DNA of 64,000 bases from Macrostomum hystrix (Eukaryota > Animalia > Platyhelminthes). The position numbers were made by a program, and so were the translations under genes. Shown here one piece after another: positions 60,485 through 64,000 of the stretch. Location of the stretch: contig CATNEN010000015.1 in the NCBI GenBank assembly GCA_950097015.1, positions 930,001 to 994,000 on the forward strand, written 5' to 3'. The number at the start of each line of letters is the position of its first letter. The first letter of the stretch is position 1. Under the pieces are notes generated by a model. That model searched no databases and had not been told where the DNA came from. It saw only the letters and a program-made list of their open reading frames with translations.

Positions 60485-60658
60485 GGCTCATCTAAGTTAT
60501 GCATGGGCAGTCACATCTGAAATTAGATTTAAAATTTACCAAGAAACTCATATACTTTTAATTATTTTCACTATAATAATTAGGACTATAAAAAATGACA
60601 TTTTTATAGGAAATTATAGCATGTTTTGCATATTTAAAAGTTTTAAGCTTATTTTTAT

Positions 60659-61989
60659 GGAAGTGCTTATTCCCACGGTCCCGTGCTGATAATTTCAATT
60701 TTATCCACATGGATCCGTGCCAATAATTTTCTGCTTATCCACACGGCAGCTTGTATGAATAGGTCTACTTTTAAGTCGTTACCTATTCTTCTCTGAGCAT
60801 AAGGCTTTTGCTTCAGAGTATAGACATAGTATATAGTGTACACTATCAATGCATAGTGTAAAATAATAACAATCATGTATAGTAGGGTAATGTATCATCA
60901 ACCAAACAAGAATGTGTATTTTTTTAACTTCAAACCTAAGCTACAGATTTTCTATTTAAGATATGATGATAAATCAAAAGCCAAATTATAGAAAACTGTT
61001 ACATCTTTCTAAAAAGTATCTGCTTTTGCTATTTTGTCAAATAGAAAAAAAGTTATTCCTGCTTTTTATCTAAAACCGAACAATAATTTTCATGTATCTT
61101 CAAACCAAACAGAGAATTTGATGTTTGGTTTTACAATTTGAGTGAGTGGTTTAATCTTATTTTAAGGAGTGAACTATCATGAATTATGTCATTTGAAAGC
61201 ATTTTTCATGCTCTATAAGTATCTACATTTATGGTTATTTAATTGGCAAGCAGCCACATACAATCTTCATCTAAAGTATATACTGAAAAAATGTTGTTAA
61301 AAAGTATGCTTTTGCAATAAAAATTTCTACTGAAACATCAATATCTTTCTTTCCTCTTAATGATTCATTGCACATCATGCCTCAGCTTGTAGATAATTTC
61401 TTCAACTTTCAAATTAGTTGTTCTTGAAACACAATAGCTTGTTTCTGTCTTGCACGAGACCAAGGAAGGAGTCAAAATTCTTGTTTGGTTTTGAAGATAC
61501 ACTGTTTGGTTGATGATACATTACCCTACGTGTGACAAGTTTGGTGCTGACTAGAATTCTACTGGTTGACTTGTATGATTTTCTTTGATTGACTTTTTAC
61601 TTTTTAAGTCAATACAATTTGAATGAAAACAGGTAATGATGACAAAATATTTATTAAGTTGTTATTAAAATAATTAAAAAGGATCACATTAATGTGGGTT
61701 AATGAATGTGTAGGTGTAAATGTAGAACACTGTCGTAACATACTGGCAAATTTGTCGATCTATTGGCTTGAGGGTTGAACAAAACGTTCAAACCTGAAAG
61801 GGCCTCATTTCAAAGAAAAGAACAGTGTGGATAAAATTGAAATTAACGGCATGGCATATATATATAAAGAGTTTTAGACCTATTCATACAAGCTGCTGTG
61901 TGGATAAGCAGAAAATTATCAGCATGGATCCATGTGGATAAAATTGAAATTAGGCCTATAGGCACGGGACCATAGGAATAAGCACTGCC
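60659..61989. mobile_element. Non-autonomous Mutator-like (MULE) element, 1331 bp
   Basis: ~110-bp imperfect TIRs starting GG(A/C)AGTGCTTATTCC, with a perfect 9-bp TSD TATTTTTAT at 60650-58 and 61990-98. Confidence 0.85.
60883..61528. mobile_element. Internal inverted-repeat element inside the MULE
   Basis: TIR TAGGGTAATGTATCATCAACCAAAC at both ends, with subterminal GTATC(A/T)TCAA(A)CCAAACA repeats (~61094 and inverted ~61470-61500). No clear TSD. Confidence 0.55.
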
Positions 61990-63201
61990 TATTTTTATAG
62001 CTTATACAAAAAATGAGTCACAATGTTGTCCTGTACACACTGCTTTCATCAATAAATAATTAAGTATAAACAATTATAGGGCCTACTGTCATATACACTA
62101 GGCCTACACTTAAATTTATAAGTTAAATTTAAATCTTAAAAAGTTAGGCCTACCAACTAGCAAAAAAGCTAAATTATTGTCATTGAAACAAAGAAAAAAA
62201 CTAGTTACCAGTAAATTCCTAACAGAGATAGTCCTTCAAAAGCATTATAAAAGCATTTACTAAGATTCAACTTGTAGCTAATAACTTCTAGCAATAACTA
62301 CTAGTAACTTAGTAAGACAGAGACTATAGCATGATTGCTAATTCTTATCATGTCACAGATAATTAGTCCACGCATAAGAATATAGGGAAGTGCTTCTTTC
62401 GTAAAAGAAAGACATGCTAAGAAGTTATGCTGTGCCCTATTCCTAAGATAGTGGTAAAGTACTCTTTACCACTACTACCCATGCTACGTATCAGAATATG
62501 CATACGAACTCAAATGTTCGTACATGGGGGTAAGTATGGCCTTTTAAAGATATAAGATATGAAATATAAAGATATAAAATTCGTTAGGACTTTTTTAAGC
62601 AACATTTGAAGAACTATGCGCTTTATGATAATTTATTAAAAAAGTAATTTTAGTTTGTTGTTTGTTTGACAAATCTTACACCGCTCCTATGTATTGATAC
62701 AAACTTTTTAGATATTCGCAAATAATAAGTATGAATCTTTCGTTATTTTAGGGCCAAATATTACTGGCTTATAAACTCCATTTGTAAAAATGGAATGTGG
62801 TAAATACAACTGACAGCATTTGCTAAGAAAATTTCAGTTAAATTGCATAGTACAAACTTAATGATGAACGCCATTTTAGTTATATTTTAAAATCGAATGC
62901 TGCACGAGGTGACGAGTGATCCATGCACGGTTTATAAGGCTTAATATGTGCATAATCAAAGCTGATAGGTAGATACGTATTGATTGCGATTAAATTTTGC
63001 TATTCTATACTAATTTATTTTATTCAACCATTGAACTATTGTATTATAATTATAATATCCCTAGATTCTTTATTTATTCTTATACCTGATAGTAGCTTTC
63101 CAATAAGACTTCCAACCTATTAAAATTTCTTCAAATAATTATTATAGCATGACCTTTCTGCCTTGCGTCAACCAGGCATCGACCAGTAGGAATGGCTTAC
63201 T

Positions 63202-63655
63202 GGATCCTAGACACTTCGTCATCTTACAACTTCGTCATCTTACAACTTCGTCATCCACTTGGAAGGTAGTGACACTTCTTCATCCAGCCAATTGGCATGC
63301 TTTAAAGTTTGGTCAGTTCGTCATCTTCCAATAACAAGCAATCAAGTTCGTCATCAATAAAGTGAGGGTGGGGACGTGGGGTGGTGGGGCAGAGGTGTGA
63401 ACACACTTCACACTCTAAATTATAAAAAAGAGGTGTCAAAACTGATTTTATTATAAGTGTTGAAAGATAGGTGCCAACACGATGTGAGGAGGGGTGGGGA
63501 GGGGTGGTTCTGTTCTAACTTTGAAAACTTTTGTTTTATAGATGACGAAGTGTCCACAAGTCTAAGTCTCTTTGTTATCCACCCTCTAAGATATGATATT
63601 GGACAGATCATCATCTGGATGACGAAGTTGTAAGATGACGAAGTGTCCAGGTACC
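63202..63655. mobile_element. MITE-like element with CTTCGTCATC subterminal repeats
   Basis: Ends GG(A/T)(T/A)CCT(A/G)GACACTTCGTCATCTTACAACTTCGTCATC are inverted relative to each other. TSD is unclear. Confidence 0.6.
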
Positions 63656-64000
63656 GGCTTTGGCCTACTGACGCTAAAATGTCTATAGCACAATAACACT
63701 AATGCCTATGCTCAGACCCTTTAATGAGAAATTAAAGGGTGCTGTCAGGCTCATCATTCCCATAAAGCATTAGTATTAATACACTATTATTGCAAGTAGG
63801 GGCCTATATTGCATGCTATTAGTTAGGCCCCTAGTTAAATACTAACACCTAATGTGATATAAAATGTATAAAAAAGTAATTTGCAAAATCTAGCCTAGTT
63901 AGCTGTTTTTTAATTTAGCATTTGCAACACATGTAGGGCCTAGCCTAGACATTTTGTTTTTAGCAATCCTCTTGTTTTGCATGTTTACAAAATGTTTTAC

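Overview
This is eukaryotic (metazoan invertebrate) genomic DNA with GT-AG introns. The mix of GC-rich exons, satellite load and recent duplication resembles the flatworm Macrostomum lignano, but the species is only an inference. Six protein-coding genes can be assembled exon by exon with consistent splice phases: a SAXO/FAM154-family axonemal microtubule protein (+, 3574-7522), two paralogous secreted fibrinogen-related (FReD) genes with an unrecognised tandem N-terminal domain (+, 12513-15275 and 35354-38097), inositol polyphosphate 1-phosphatase (+, 40578-47784), a secreted LamG/ConA-like protein (-, 48975-50048) and a divergent transmembrane semaphorin (-, 52079-60484). An orphan third FReD 3' end lies at 16308-16553. 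The FReD paralogues sit in a segmental duplication (8104-18439 vs 34411-40047). Between the two copies is a ~16 kb block of satellite-filled non-autonomous Helitrons joined head-to-tail at CTAG|TC junctions. Copy 1 alone carries a three-level nested insertion (mariner > Helitron > hAT MITE), and its empty site is visible in copy 2. Other elements are two tRNA-derived SINE families, a MULE-like element with a 9-bp TSD, several minisatellites and LINE relics. The strongest leads are the Helitron/satellite concatemer at the duplication junction, the FReD family with near-identical N-termini but a hypervariable ligand-binding end, and two canonical RFX X-boxes inside semaphorin coding exons. Most long ORFs in 19-34 kb are repeat artefacts. 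All coordinates were counted by eye and no database searches were run.
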